The notes under the pieces are model-generated. The model was given only the letters and a program-made list of their open reading frames with translations. It ran no database searches and had not been told where the DNA came from. DNA of 64,000 nucleotides. Origin: an uncultured delta proteobacterium. GTDB taxonomy: Bacteria > Desulfobacterota > Desulfuromonadia > Desulfuromonadales > BM103. Positions 31,846 through 42,970 of the stretch are shown one piece after another. Location of the stretch: positions 121,559 through 185,558 of the forward strand of contig CAVQRZ010000022.1 in NCBI GenBank assembly GCA_963715335.1, read 5' to 3'. The translations under genes and the position numbers were made by a program. Each line of letters opens with the position of its first letter. Position 1 is the first letter of the stretch.

Positions 31846-32817
31846 TTGTATTTGGACGATAATTCACAACGGCAGAGTTTTGAGCCGACTGACCCGAAGC
31901 TGGCGCATGCCCTGTTCGGGCAACAGAACCGACACCTGAGACAGATTGAGCGACTCACGGGTGTGCGGGTCAGCTCCAAGGGTACGACGGCGCTGCTCGA
32001 GGGCACAGATGACGCTTTGCCCCGTGCAATCCGTCTCCTGGAAGAACTGACCGCTCTGCTCGAAAAAGGTTTTGCTCTGCGACCGCCTGATATCGAGTAC
32101 GCCGACCGCATCCTCAGTCAGGATGCTTCAGCCAACCTGGTAGATATTTTCCTCGACAATATAACTGTCTCATCGAGAAATCGCTCGATTGCGCCAAAAT
32201 CAATCTCCCAGAAAAAATACCTCGATGCCATGCGCAAAGACGATGTTGTGTTCGGGATCGGCCCGGCCGGCACCGGCAAGACCTATCTTGCCATGGCGAT
32301 GGCGGTGGCACAGCTGAAGAAGAAAGAGGTCAGCCGGATCATCCTGGTGCGTCCCGCGGTCGAAGCGGGGGAGAAACTTGGCTTCCTGCCGGGTGATCTT
32401 ACCGAGAAAGTCAATCCCTACCTGCGCCCGCTCTTTGATGCCCTGTACGACTTGATGGATTTTGATCGTGGCCAGACCTTGATCGACCAAGGTGTAATCG
32501 AGGTTGCCCCGCTGGCGTTCATGCGTGGTCGGACACTGAATGATGCCTTCGTCATTCTCGATGAAGCACAGAATACCACAACCGAGCAGATGAAAATGTT
32601 CCTGACCCGCCTCGGCTTCGGCAGTTCTGCGGTGATAACCGGGGACATCACCCAGATTGACCTGCCGAGCGGTCGCACCTCGGGGCTCATCCAGGCCATG
32701 GAGGTCCTGGGACGGGTTAAGGGCGTCAGTTTTGTTACTTTCTCCGATATGGACGTGGTCAGACACCCGATTGTTCAAGGGATTGTCAGGGCCTACGATG
32801 CTCATAAGTCCGGCTAG
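31846..32817 (+). CDS. phoH: PhoH family ATPase (YbeZ-like)
   Basis: Motifs GPAGTGKT, RPAVEAGEKLGFLPG, LAFMRGRTL, DEAQN and DVVRHP. Confidence 0.95.
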   Translation: MYLDDNSQRQSFEPTDPKLAHALFGQQNRHLRQIERLTGVRVSSKGTTALLEGTDDALPRAIRLLEELTALLEKGFALRPPDIEYADRILSQDASANLVDIFLDNITVSSRNRSIAPKSISQKKYLDAMRKDDVVFGIGPAGTGKTYLAMAMAVAQLKKKEVSRIILVRPAVEAGEKLGFLPGDLTEKVNPYLRPLFDALYDLMDFDRGQTLIDQGVIEVAPLAFMRGRTLNDAFVILDEAQNTTTEQMKMFLTRLGFGSSAVITGDITQIDLPSGRTSGLIQAMEVLGRVKGVSFVTFSDMDVVRHPIVQGIVRAYDAHKSG

Positions 32818-32837
32818 GAAATCCGCCGCGCAACAGG

Positions 32838-35222
32838 ATGTATATGCCAAAAAGTGATCGTAAAACCGAGGATGGGACTACGCAGAGGCAGGGCTTTCGC
32901 CACGGCCAAAAGGAATCGAGCCAGACTGACGAAAGGTTGCAGCGGGTTTTCCTGTTACTGGTGCTGGTCACACTACTGACCTTTATCATTGTGCCGAAGG
33001 GCGCTCTGACGCCCACGGAGTTTATCGCCGGGGATATTGCTCCGCACGATATCAAAGCACCTCGTGACCTCCTGATCCCTGATGAAAATCTGACCCGGCA
33101 GAAACGTGAGGAGGCGGAGAGAAGCGTTGCCAACCTTTATGACTTTGATACGACGACAGGAGAGTTAATTGCCGGACAGGTTGCCCAGATTCTTACCGCG
33201 TTAAAGGTTGCTTCTGAACGTGAGCTGCCGGTAGATCAACAGCTCGCCGATCTGGAATCCAGTTTTGGTGTTAAAACTGATCGCAAGGGGTTTGCCGCTT
33301 TGCAGGAGTTGTCATCAAAGGATGACAGCAGTATTCGCATTTCGCAGACCATAAAGCAAATTTATCGGCAGAAAATTGCCGGCAACCTCAAGCTCTTCGA
33401 AGCGGATCGCCCGAAAGGCGTAGTCTTTCGCCAACTGGATTCCCAGACGGAAGCCACCGATAACGGCAACGAGACGGTTGTGGGCCTGGGCCAACTTCAG
33501 GACCTGCTGAAAAAAGCGCTTGCCGGCGCTCGTTTCCCGGCCAACCAGGAGAAGGCCTTGAATGAGCTGATCCTGCCGATGCTGCGGCCGAATATCTCTT
33601 TTAACCAGAATGAGACTGAAGCCCGCAGAAAAGCCGCAGGTGAAGTTGTCAAGCCGGTGCTCATCCAGGTCAAAAAAGGAGAGATGATTGTTCGCGAGGG
33701 AGATCGCGTCTCGATTGACCAGGAGAGTCGGTTGGGAGCTTTGCAGGATGGACACAATACCGTTTCGCTCTGGCGTAACGCCATGGGCCTCCTGCTGAGT
33801 AGTTTTCTGTTGATTTACTTCTCCCACACTTTTGCCCGACGCAATATCCGCAAATACCGGCCGGAAAACCGAGACCTGGTATTCCTGTCCTCGGTGTTCG
33901 TGGTGCACATCCTCATACTGAAGATTTCCATCTTCATTTCATCGGCACTGGGTAGCGCTTTTCCGTACGTAGAACAGAACGCTTACTTTTACTTGTTCCC
34001 GTTTGCGGTCGGCACCATGCTGGTGCGCATCGTTCTTAATTCTGAAGTCTCGCTGGTCTTTGCAATCCTGACGGCGATCATCACTGGTGTGCTCTTCGGC
34101 AACAGCTTTGCGATTATGCTCTTCGCCTTCCTGACCAGCCTGGCCGGGGCTCACTGGGTGCGCCATGTGAATGAGCGGTCATCCCTGTTTCGAGCCGGGT
34201 TCAGGCTCGGCATGTTCAATTTCACATTATTGATCGCCTTGCACCTGATGACCAGCAAGCCGTTCGACCTGCAGCTGCTTTGCAAGCTGGTCTTCGGTTT
34301 TTCCGGCGGCCTCGCCGCGGCGATCATGGTTACGGGGATCGTTCCCCTGGTCGAATCAATTTTCCGTTATACGACAAACATCAAGTTGCTGGAACTTGCC
34401 AATATGAACACCCCGGTGTTGCGTGACCTCATGGTGCAGGCCCCAGGGACTTACCACCACTCGGTTATTGTCGGCAACCTGGCTGAGGCGGCTGCCGAAA
34501 ATATCGGTGTCAACCCCCTGATGGTCCGGGTCGCCGCCTATTACCATGATATCGGCAAGATCAGGAAGCCGCTCTATTTCATTGAAAACATCGGTGCGCA
34601 GGAGAACCGTCATGATAAACTTGCACCATCCATGAGTGCCCTGGTGCTGATGGCGCATGTTAAGGAAGGATCGGAAATGGCGCATGAAGCGCAGCTTGGC
34701 AAGGCGCTTAACGATATCATCCGTGAACATCATGGCACCAGCCTGATGAAATTCTTTTATGAGCGGGCAAAGAACAAAGCGGACCCGGGTGTTGAACAGG
34801 TCGACGAGCGGGATTATCGCTATCCCGGGCCCAAGCCGCAGACCCGGGAGGCCGCATTGATCATGCTCGCCGATGCCGTTGAGGCTGCCAGCAGGACCTT
34901 GACCGATCCTACCCCGGCGCGGGTCCAGGGGATGGTGCAGAAGATTATCAACAATATCTTTATTGACGGTCAGCTCGATGAATGCGAGTTGACGCTTAAG
35001 GATATCCATAATGTTGCCAAGAGCTTTAACCTGGTGCTGGGCGGCATTTTCCACTACCGGGTTGACTACCCGGAACCGGTCAGCAAGGAGCGGATTTCAG
35101 AGAAAGGAACCCGGGGGGTTAATGAAGATCGCGATCGAAAATCGTCAGAACAGGCAGAAAATAAAAAAGCTGCCCCTGCGAAGGGCAGCACGGAAGATCT
35201 TAAGCGTCTCGGGATGTCCTGA
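32838..35222 (+). CDS. 7TM-HD phosphohydrolase (PgpH/YqfF-like, putative cyclic-dinucleotide phosphodiesterase)
   Basis: Extracellular domain, seven TM segments, APGTYHHS, YYHDIGK, EHHGT, YRYPGPKP and MLADAVEAA. Confidence 0.92.
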   Translation: MYMPKSDRKTEDGTTQRQGFRHGQKESSQTDERLQRVFLLLVLVTLLTFIIVPKGALTPTEFIAGDIAPHDIKAPRDLLIPDENLTRQKREEAERSVANLYDFDTTTGELIAGQVAQILTALKVASERELPVDQQLADLESSFGVKTDRKGFAALQELSSKDDSSIRISQTIKQIYRQKIAGNLKLFEADRPKGVVFRQLDSQTEATDNGNETVVGLGQLQDLLKKALAGARFPANQEKALNELILPMLRPNISFNQNETEARRKAAGEVVKPVLIQVKKGEMIVREGDRVSIDQESRLGALQDGHNTVSLWRNAMGLLLSSFLLIYFSHTFARRNIRKYRPENRDLVFLSSVFVVHILILKISIFISSALGSAFPYVEQNAYFYLFPFAVGTMLVRIVLNSEVSLVFAILTAIITGVLFGNSFAIMLFAFLTSLAGAHWVRHVNERSSLFRAGFRLGMFNFTLLIALHLMTSKPFDLQLLCKLVFGFSGGLAAAIMVTGIVPLVESIFRYTTNIKLLELANMNTPVLRDLMVQAPGTYHHSVIVGNLAEAAAENIGVNPLMVRVAAYYHDIGKIRKPLYFIENIGAQENRHDKLAPSMSALVLMAHVKEGSEMAHEAQLGKALNDIIREHHGTSLMKFFYERAKNKADPGVEQVDERDYRYPGPKPQTREAALIMLADAVEAASRTLTDPTPARVQGMVQKIINNIFIDGQLDECELTLKDIHNVAKSFNLVLGGIFHYRVDYPEPVSKERISEKGTRGVNEDRDRKSSEQAENKKAAPAKGSTEDLKRLGMS

Positions 35223-35577
35223 CGCACAGCTGTCAATCCTGATTGTCGATGACGAGGCGATCCAGGTCATTAATCGTGATTACCTGGGGAAAGATCGACC
35301 AACCAACGTGATCTCCTTTGCCATGCAGGAGGGCGAAGGTGGGGGCGTCCAACCTGATCTGCTCGGCGACGTGGTGATCTCTGCTGAAACGGCGGCAAGG
35401 GATGCTGCCGAAGCGCAGACTTCTTTTGAGAGTGAACTATACTTTCTTCTGCTGCACGGGATCCTGCACCTGCTTGGTTACGACCACGAGCGCGGCACGC
35501 AGGCCGAGGCAAAACGCATGGAAGAGAGAGAGCATGAAGTGTTTGCGTTGATACGTGAGGAGTTTCTGACCAAATGA
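35122..35577 (+). CDS. ybeY: rRNA maturation endoribonuclease YbeY
   Basis: NRDYLGKDRPTNVISF, LGDVVIS and HGILHLLGYDH. Start at ATG 35122. Confidence 0.95.
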   Translation: MKIAIENRQNRQKIKKLPLRRAARKILSVSGCPDAQLSILIVDDEAIQVINRDYLGKDRPTNVISFAMQEGEGGGVQPDLLGDVVISAETAARDAAEAQTSFESELYFLLLHGILHLLGYDHERGTQAEAKRMEEREHEVFALIREEFLTK

Positions 35578-36284
35578 AAGGTGGGCCGACCAGGCCCAGT
35601 GGGTTTATCGAGAGCCTGAATTGTGCGATCGAAGGAATCCTCTGGGCGGTTAAAACCCAACGGCACATGCTGGTACACCTGGTTGCGGCCATTCTGGTCA
35701 TGGTCCTCGCTTTGGTTTTACGCCTGACCCTGCACGAATTTGCCCTACTGTGCCTGGCAATTACCCTGGTTATCTTTGCTGAACTGGTCAACACCGCCAT
35801 AGAGGTTGTGGTCGACCTCGTCTCCCCGGAGTTCCATCCTCTTGCACAACGGGCCAAAGATGTTGCTGCCGGCGCCGTTCTGCTCGCCAGTGTCGGTGCG
35901 ATGGTTCTCGGTTACCTGGCCGTGTCGCGGTTTATTTTTGCGGCCGAGGTAAATCTTGGTCACGATTACATGAGAACAACGGGCAACCTGGCGATTATTT
36001 CGGTTGTTGTGGTCGTAGTGCTCGTGGTCCTTGTCAAAGCCCGGGTCGGACGTGGGACGCCGCTGCAGGGCGGCCTTCCGAGTGGTCACGCAGGTGTTGC
36101 CTTCTCCATAGCAACCTCGGTGGCCTTTGCCGATGTCGGTCTGCTCGTTATCATCTTGGCCTGGCTCCTTGCTGCTATGGTGGCCCAGAGCCGGGTTTTG
36201 CTGGGAGTTCACAGTTTTGTAGAAATAGTTGTCGGCAGCATGATTGGTATTTGCACAACGCTGGTCATGCACCTGGCGTTTTAA
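35574..36284 (+). CDS. dgkA: Diacylglycerol kinase (DgkA) fused to a PAP2-like domain
   Basis: ELVNTAIEVVVD...AKDVAAGAVL, then PSGHA...SRV..GVHS..E. Confidence 0.88.
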   Translation: MKGGPTRPSGFIESLNCAIEGILWAVKTQRHMLVHLVAAILVMVLALVLRLTLHEFALLCLAITLVIFAELVNTAIEVVVDLVSPEFHPLAQRAKDVAAGAVLLASVGAMVLGYLAVSRFIFAAEVNLGHDYMRTTGNLAIISVVVVVVLVVLVKARVGRGTPLQGGLPSGHAGVAFSIATSVAFADVGLLVIILAWLLAAMVAQSRVLLGVHSFVEIVVGSMIGICTTLVMHLAF

Positions 36285-36288
36285 AAGC

Positions 36289-36434
36289 GGGTTATGGGGG
36301 TTGGGGCCGAGAGGCTGGAGCGAATGGACTTCAGGCATAGACGGACCCATCAGGGTCGCTTGGTCTAGAAGTATTTAAATTCTGAGGTTCGAGATTAGTT
36401 TGATAGCCAGCCCCCAGTCACCAGACTCCGAACT
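36289..36434. repeat. Degenerate heptamer inverted arms
   Basis: G-rich arm at about 36289-36320 and CCAGCCC CCAGTCA CCAGACT CCGAACT at 36407-36434. Confidence 0.55.
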
Positions 36435-36442
36435 CTGTAACT

Positions 36443-37318
36443 ATGAAGGGAGTAGTTTGCTTGGAAGATGACAATACAGCAAGTCGCAGCTCGTGGTTCG
36501 AGTCCCTGGTCATGAAACTCAGGGGGCGATCGAGGGCCTTGACGGAGAAGGAACTCCAGGAGGCCATCAACAGCTCGGAAGAAGAGGGCATCCTTAACGA
36601 GTCTGAAGGGGATATGCTGCAGTCGATCTTCGAATTCGGCGACACCATCGTCCGCGAGGTGATGGTGCCGCGGACCGACATGGTCTGCTGTCCCGCCGAT
36701 TCGAACCTCAGTGACTTTTTGGCCCTGATTATTCATTCCGGGCATTCACGTGTGCCGCTTTACGAAGGGTCGATGGACAAGATCGTCGGCGTCGTCTACG
36801 CGAAGGACTTGCTGCGCAACTGGGGGGCCAGAGATGAAACCATGTCACTGATCGACGTCATGCGAACGCCCTACTTTATTCCTGAAACCAAGCGCATCGA
36901 AGATCTGCTAATGGATTTTCGCACCCGGCGGGTGCATATGGCGATCGCCGTGGACGAATATGGCGGTACCTCCGGGCTGATTACGATCGAGGACCTGATC
37001 GAAGAGATTATCGGGGATATCCAGGATGAGTACGATCGTGAGGTCCCCCGGGTACAGGAACAGAAGGATGGCACCTTGCTGGTGGATGGCAGGACCAGCG
37101 TCGAGGAGCTCGAGGAATACTACGAAATAGAAATACCACGGGAGAAGTTTGATACGGTCGGAGGTTACATCTTCCATTTGCTGGGACACGTGCCTAAGGC
37201 CGGTGAGAGAGTCCGTGGCTACGGCCTGGTCCTGATGGTAGAAGAGTCCGATGAGCGTAAAATCGGCGTGGTTCGTGTCTGGCGCGATGTCCAGGCGGAT
37301 AAGGACGCCAACGAGTAA
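36443..37318 (+). CDS. CBS-pair/CorC-HlyC transporter-associated protein
   Basis: Motifs VREVMVPR, GHSRVPLY, AVDEYGGTSGLITIEDLIEEIIGDIQDE and DTVGG. Confidence 0.92.
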   Translation: MKGVVCLEDDNTASRSSWFESLVMKLRGRSRALTEKELQEAINSSEEEGILNESEGDMLQSIFEFGDTIVREVMVPRTDMVCCPADSNLSDFLALIIHSGHSRVPLYEGSMDKIVGVVYAKDLLRNWGARDETMSLIDVMRTPYFIPETKRIEDLLMDFRTRRVHMAIAVDEYGGTSGLITIEDLIEEIIGDIQDEYDREVPRVQEQKDGTLLVDGRTSVEELEEYYEIEIPREKFDTVGGYIFHLLGHVPKAGERVRGYGLVLMVEESDERKIGVVRVWRDVQADKDANE

Positions 37319-38836
37319 ATGAGACGTTTCCTGCCTGATAGTTTAACCTGCGCCAGTGCTTTGTCCGGGATCCTTCTGGCGTGCTCTTTCCCGCTGCCAA
37401 ATTTTACCGTGCTCGCATGGTTTGGCATGATCCCCCTCATATTGGTGATGCGGCGGCGCCCTTTTAAGAGTGGTTTTACTGCCGGACTGGTTTTTTTTGC
37501 CGCGACCCTGTACTGGGTGAATATTGTCATGACTACCTACGGCCACCTGCCGCCGGGCGTCTCGTTCATCCTTTACCTGCTCCTGGCCGCCTACCTGGCC
37601 CTTTACTGGGGAACTGCGACATGGGCCGCGTGTCGACTCAAGGAATCCAGGGGTTACCCTTACGCCATGACCTTGCCGGTACTCTGGGTTGCCATGGAAT
37701 TTCTGCGCGAGTTCCTGCTCACCGGATTCCCCTGGGCAACGCTCGGTTATTCTCAGCACGACTGGTTGACAACGATCCAGTCTGCCGACCTGTTCGGTGT
37801 GTATGGCCTGAGTTTTCTGATCGTCTTTTGTAACGCGGCTTTTGCTGAGAGCCTACAGATGTTATGGCGGCAGAACTACCGGGATCTCCCGGTCAAAGCG
37901 CTGATTGCGGCTGTCGTTCTGCTTGTGTCCAATTTCGGCTATGGCTACTGGCGCCTGCAGCAGGATCTGGACGGCAGGACCGAATCGCTGCAGACCGCCC
38001 TGGCCCAGGGGAATATCCCGCAGGACCTCAAATGGCGACCTGAGAACCAGCTGAATACGGTTAAGACCTATCGTGACCTGTCTTTACGGGCCGAGCGAGT
38101 CGCTGCAAAGGCCCTGATTGTATGGCCGGAAGCAGCCATGCCGTTTTACTTCCAGGATGGCGGCCAACTGGCCGAGTCGGTTAGTCTCCTACCCGTTGAG
38201 ACAGATGCTTTCCTTCTCTTCGGCAGTCCGGCATATCAAAGGGATGCTGCCGGCTTACGCTACCTGAACAGTGCCTTCCTGCTGTCACCGTCTGGTATGA
38301 TCATCGGCCGCAGCGACAAGACCCATCTGGTGCCGTTCGGCGAATATGTACCGTTGAGCGGGTTCCTGCCGTTTGTCAACAAGTTGGTGGTTGGCATCGG
38401 TGATTATTCGCCCGGTGAGATCAATCCTTTACCGATCAAGGGACATAAACTGGGAGTCCTGGTCTGTTACGAAGTGATCTTTCCGGAACTGGCCCGTGAG
38501 TATGTTCGCCAGGGCAGTGATCTGCTGGTCAATATCACCAACGATGCCTGGTTCGGTGAGTCGTCAGCCCCCTGGCAGCATCTGGCAATGGCGCGTTTCC
38601 GCGCTGTGGAAAACCGTGTGTGGCTCGCCCGGGCGGCCAACACCGGGATCTCGGCTTTAATCGCACCATCCGGAAAGATCACACAACAATCAGGCCTGTT
38701 TGAAGCAGCCTTTCTGGGTGGTGAGGTCGGGCTGGGAGCGCGCCCCGGGCTTTATTCCCGGATGGGTGACCTGATTCCGGGGCTATTTCTGCTGATCAGC
38801 GTACTCTGGCTTTTGCAGACGCGCCGCCTTTTTTAG
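37319..38836 (+). CDS. lnt: Apolipoprotein N-acyltransferase
   Basis: Motifs TGFPW, QGNI, VWPE, K.HLVPFGEY, VCYEVIF, TNDAWFG and RAANTGIS. Confidence 0.96.
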   Translation: MRRFLPDSLTCASALSGILLACSFPLPNFTVLAWFGMIPLILVMRRRPFKSGFTAGLVFFAATLYWVNIVMTTYGHLPPGVSFILYLLLAAYLALYWGTATWAACRLKESRGYPYAMTLPVLWVAMEFLREFLLTGFPWATLGYSQHDWLTTIQSADLFGVYGLSFLIVFCNAAFAESLQMLWRQNYRDLPVKALIAAVVLLVSNFGYGYWRLQQDLDGRTESLQTALAQGNIPQDLKWRPENQLNTVKTYRDLSLRAERVAAKALIVWPEAAMPFYFQDGGQLAESVSLLPVETDAFLLFGSPAYQRDAAGLRYLNSAFLLSPSGMIIGRSDKTHLVPFGEYVPLSGFLPFVNKLVVGIGDYSPGEINPLPIKGHKLGVLVCYEVIFPELAREYVRQGSDLLVNITNDAWFGESSAPWQHLAMARFRAVENRVWLARAANTGISALIAPSGKITQQSGLFEAAFLGGEVGLGARPGLYSRMGDLIPGLFLLISVLWLLQTRRLF

Positions 38837-38916
38837 AGGCGGGGGCTTGAGGCTGGGGACTAGGGGTTGGTAATTTTATGCTTCAGCCCCCAGTCCCCAG
38901 CCTCAAGCCCCCGCCT
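38837..38916. repeat. Long hairpin built from heptamer units
   Basis: 33-nt arms at 38837-38869 and 38884-38916, 31 of 33 complementary, 14-nt loop. Confidence 0.9.
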
Positions 38917-38930
38917 TCAACAGAGTTTAC

Positions 38931-38959
38931 TTGTCCGATTTACGCCCAACGGTTATAAT
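38931..38959 (+). promoter_or_regulatory. Sigma-70 promoter candidate for prfB
   Basis: TTGTCC, 17-nt spacer, TATAAT. Confidence 0.6.
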
Positions 38960-38992
38960 CCCCCGTTCGACTGATGATGAATGGAGAAAAAG

Positions 38993-40085
38993 ATGTTTCG
39001 TGAAGAGATAGAATTGTTAGAAGGCCTCCAGGACAAGCTCGTCGAGCTGAGGAGGTATCTTTGACATTGACAGCAAACGGGAGCGGGTTGCAGAGTTGGA
39101 TGCCGAGGTTGCCAAGCCGGAATTCTGGAATGACAACGAGAAGGCCCAGGAGGTTCTGAAAGAACGAACCATTCTGCAGAGACTGGTCGAGGATTGCGAC
39201 GCTATCGCCAGAGGTCTGGAAGATGTCCAAGTTCTGATAGAACTTGGCGAGGAGGGTGAGGACGAGGAGGCCCTGGCGGAAGTTAACGGGATGCTGCCTG
39301 ACCTGGAGAAGAAGATCGACCAGATGGAGTTTGCCCGCATGCTTTCCGGCGAGCATGATGCCAGCAATGCCATCGTCAGTATCAATGCCGGTGCCGGCGG
39401 CACCGAGGCCCAGGATTGGGCAGAAATCCTTCTGCGCATGTATTTGCGGTGGTGTGAGAACAAAGGGTTTAAGGCCGAGATCACCGATTATCAGCCAGGG
39501 GATGAAGCGGGAACCAAGGGCGTGACATTTACGGTTGCCGGGGCATACGCATACGGCTACCTGAAGGCAGAGAAAGGGATCCATCGGCTGGTACGGATCT
39601 CCCCATTCGATTCAAACGCCCGTCGTCATACCTCATTCTGTTCGGTTTTTGTCTTCCCTGAATTGACCGACGATGTCGACATCGACATTCAGGAGAAAGA
39701 CCTTAAGGTCGACACCTATCGGGCCAGTGGTGCCGGCGGTCAGCATGTCAACAAGACCGATTCGGCAATCCGCATCACCCATATCCCTTCCGGAATTGTT
39801 GTCAGCTGCCAGAATGAACGGTCTCAGCACAAGAACCGCTCCACGGCTATGAAGCAGCTCAAGGCAAGACTCTATGAGCGGGAAATGGAAAAGAAGGGAA
39901 ACGAAGCCGAGGCGCTGGCGGGAGAAAAGAAGGATATTGCCTGGGGCAGCCAGATCCGCTCCTATGTGCTGCATCCTTACCGCATGGTCAAAGACCACCG
40001 TACCAGCTATGAAGTCGGTAATGCCGACGCGGTTCTCGACGGCGACCTGGACGGATTTATAGAAGCTTATCTGATGCAATGCTAG
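38993..40085 (+). CDS. prfB: Peptide chain release factor 2 with programmed +1 frameshift
   Basis: ATG 38993, 23 codons, then AGGAGG-TAT-CTT-TGA-C (39050-39065). The +1 frame carries SPF and GGQ motifs. Confidence 0.98.
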
Positions 40086-40150
40086 ATAATCGGTGATGAG
40101 TGAGAGCCTTATTCACTGATCACATAAACACTTAAGGAAAAAGTAGAAAC

Positions 40151-41638
40151 ATGTCTGAAGGAAGCAACAATGAAGCCGCCCAGAGACGGGCAAAGCTGGA
40201 CGAATACCGCGCCCAGGGGGTGAATCCGTTTGCCAACGGTTTTGCCCCAAGTGCAGCGACCGGTGACGTTCATGTCGCACACGCCGGCCATGACGCTACA
40301 GCCCTGGAGACCGTTGCGGACAGTTACCGGATCGCCGGACGCATTATGGCGAAACGGGATTTCGGCAAGGCTGCTTTCATCCAGGTTCAGGACCGGACTG
40401 GTCGACTGCAGGTTTATATCGCGAAAAACCTGGTGGGCGATGAGGGTTTTGAACTGTTTCGCAAACTCGATCTCGGTGATGTGGTCGGTCTGACCGGGAG
40501 ACCGTTCCGGACCAAGACCGATGAACTCTCGCTGCGGGCCGAATCGATCCAGCTTTTAACCAAATCTTTATTGCCTCTGCCGGAGAAATGGCATGGTCTG
40601 ACCGATGTAGAGACCCGCTATCGTCAGCGCTACCTGGACCTGCTGGTCAATCAGGATGTGCGTGATGTGTTCCGCAAAAGAAGCCAGATTATTTCCCTGA
40701 TCCGAGATTACATGGTGTCGCGGGACTATCTGGAGGTTGAGACCCCGATGATGCAACCGATCGCCGGGGGTGCAACGGCCAAGCCTTTCATTACCCACCA
40801 CAACACCCTGAAGATGGATCTTTTCCTGCGCATTGCACCGGAACTCTATCTCAAGCGGCTGGTTGTCGGTGGCTTTGAGCGGGTTTTCGAGATCAACCGG
40901 AATTTTCGCAACGAGGGGATTTCCATTCAGCATAACCCTGAATTCACCATGATGGAGTTCTACCAGGCCTACGCGACTTACGAGGATCTGATGACTCTGA
41001 CCGAGGACCTGATCTGCACCGTTGCGGAGCAGGTGGTCGGCAGTCTGCAGTTCAAGTATGGCGAACGCGATGTCGATCTGAGCCGTCCCTGGCAGAGATT
41101 GTCAGTACGGGAGGCGGTCCTCAAGTATGGTGACATCGGCGCAGAAATTATCGATGATCGCGATAAACTCTTGGCCTATGCCAAAGAGCTCGGCCTGGAG
41201 CTGGACAACAACATCAGTTATGGCAAATTGCTGACAGAGGTGTTCGATACGGTCGCCGAGCCGGAATTGTGGCAACCAACCTTTATCACCCAATATCCGA
41301 CGGACGTGTCACCGCTGTCCCGCAAGAATGATGACAACCCGGAGGTCGTCGATCGTTTTGAGCTGTTTGTGGTTGGTCGTGAACTCGCCAATGCATTTTC
41401 CGAGTTGAACGACCCTGATGATCAGCGCGAGCGATTCGTCAAACAGCTTGCCGAAAAGGAGGCTGGCGATGAAGAAGCTCATGCCATGGACGAAGACTAC
41501 ATTCGTGCCCTGGAGTATGGTCTTCCGCCCACCGCGGGTGAGGGGATCGGCATCGATCGCCTGGTCATGCTGCTGACCGACTCGCAGTCGATTCGCGACG
41601 TTATTCTCTTTCCGCAGCTGCGAACGGAGGCGAAATAG
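40151..41638 (+). CDS. lysS: Lysyl-tRNA synthetase (class II)
   Basis: Motifs [33 protein letters not shown] and GIGIDRL. Confidence 0.98.
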   Translation: MSEGSNNEAAQRRAKLDEYRAQGVNPFANGFAPSAATGDVHVAHAGHDATALETVADSYRIAGRIMAKRDFGKAAFIQVQDRTGRLQVYIAKNLVGDEGFELFRKLDLGDVVGLTGRPFRTKTDELSLRAESIQLLTKSLLPLPEKWHGLTDVETRYRQRYLDLLVNQDVRDVFRKRSQIISLIRDYMVSRDYLEVETPMMQPIAGGATAKPFITHHNTLKMDLFLRIAPELYLKRLVVGGFERVFEINRNFRNEGISIQHNPEFTMMEFYQAYATYEDLMTLTEDLICTVAEQVVGSLQFKYGERDVDLSRPWQRLSVREAVLKYGDIGAEIIDDRDKLLAYAKELGLELDNNISYGKLLTEVFDTVAEPELWQPTFITQYPTDVSPLSRKNDDNPEVVDRFELFVVGRELANAFSELNDPDDQRERFVKQLAEKEAGDEEAHAMDEDYIRALEYGLPPTAGEGIGIDRLVMLLTDSQSIRDVILFPQLRTEAK

Positions 41639-41708
41639 GCAAAGCGAAATAGGAAGCGCGAAGTGTGAAAAATATTTTCTCACCTCTCACCTCTCACCTC
41701 GCACCTCG
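41630..41708. repeat. Heptamer repeat element, same family as 8507-8622
   Basis: GCGAAATAGG twice (41630 and 41644), GAAGCGC GAAGTGT, then CCTCTCA CCTCTCA CCTCGCA CCTCG (41683-41708). Confidence 0.85.
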
Positions 41709-41716
41709 TTTCTATA

Positions 41717-42970
41717 ATGAACTACGAACTTTTTGTCAGCCTGCGCTACCTGCGTGCCAAACGCAAACAGACCTTCATCTCGGTGATTTCGTTTATCTCG
41801 ATATCCGGGATCACCCTCGGTGTCGCTGCGCTGATTGTGGTCCTCGCAGTCATGACCGGGTTTCATGACGGGGTCAGGCAACAAATCCTGGGCAATATCC
41901 CCCATGTTCTGATTCAAAAAATCGGTGATGTCCTGACTGAGCCGGATGTGATCGTTGCCAGAGCGAAAGCGGTTTCACCGCACGTGCTGAACGCATCGCC
42001 ATTTGTCAGCAAGGAAGCCATGTTGCTCTCGCAGCGCAACGTGGCTGCCGTCAATGTCAAGGGGATCGCATCGGACAACAAGATTTTCCGGCAGAATTTC
42101 CTGACCGAAAACGGGGTAGACGCGGTGACGGCGCTCTCCAATGCTGAAGCCGGGCAACCCGGCATCCTGATCGGTCTGGATACGGCGACAACTCTCAGCG
42201 TAGCGGTCGGCGATTCGATTAACGTGATCCCGCCGATGTTCACGATCACGCCTTTCGGCATGATCCCGAAGATGAAACCGTTCAGAATCGTCGGAATATT
42301 CGAGCACCGGGGCGGATTCGTCGACGCCTACTTCGCATATATCGATCTTGAGCAGGCTCAGAAGTTCTTTGACCTCGGGACCGGGGTCAGCGGCGTCGAG
42401 ATAGAAGTGGACAGCTTTGATCAGGCGGCACCGGTGGCCGCCGAGCTTAGAACGGATTACGGCTTCCCGCATATCGTCCGCTCCTGGGAAGACATGTTCG
42501 GCTCCTTCCTGGCCGCCCTCAGACTCGAGAAGCTCGGGCTTTTCATCGTCCTCGGCATTATCGTCCTGGTTGCCGCGTTCAATATTGCCACGACACTGAT
42601 CATGGTTGTTATGGAAAAACACCGGGATATCGCAATCTTGCGATCAATGGGAGCAACCTCTCGCAGCATTATGAAGATTTTCGTCATGGAAGGCCTGATT
42701 ATAGGAACCCTGGGAACTATCCTTGGCACAATTCTCGGCCTGCTTCTGGCCAGGAATGCCGACCCGCTTATCAAGGGGCTGGAGAAGCTGCTCAACACCA
42801 AGATTTTTGACCAGAGTGTGTACGGCATGGACCACTTCCCTTCTGTCGTCAACTCTTCGGATGTGATCGCGGTCGTAACGGTTTCGATGGCAATTTCTCT
42901 GCTGGCAACAATTTACCCGGCATGGCGGGCCGCAAAAATGGACCCTGCCGAAGCCCTCAGGTATGAATAG
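41717..42970 (+). CDS. Lipoprotein-releasing ABC transporter permease (LolC/E family)
   Basis: RYLRAKR...[38 protein letters not shown] and YPAWRA...PAEALRYE. Confidence 0.94.
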   Translation: MNYELFVSLRYLRAKRKQTFISVISFISISGITLGVAALIVVLAVMTGFHDGVRQQILGNIPHVLIQKIGDVLTEPDVIVARAKAVSPHVLNASPFVSKEAMLLSQRNVAAVNVKGIASDNKIFRQNFLTENGVDAVTALSNAEAGQPGILIGLDTATTLSVAVGDSINVIPPMFTITPFGMIPKMKPFRIVGIFEHRGGFVDAYFAYIDLEQAQKFFDLGTGVSGVEIEVDSFDQAAPVAAELRTDYGFPHIVRSWEDMFGSFLAALRLEKLGLFIVLGIIVLVAAFNIATTLIMVVMEKHRDIAILRSMGATSRSIMKIFVMEGLIIGTLGTILGTILGLLLARNADPLIKGLEKLLNTKIFDQSVYGMDHFPSVVNSSDVIAVVTVSMAISLLATIYPAWRAAKMDPAEALRYE

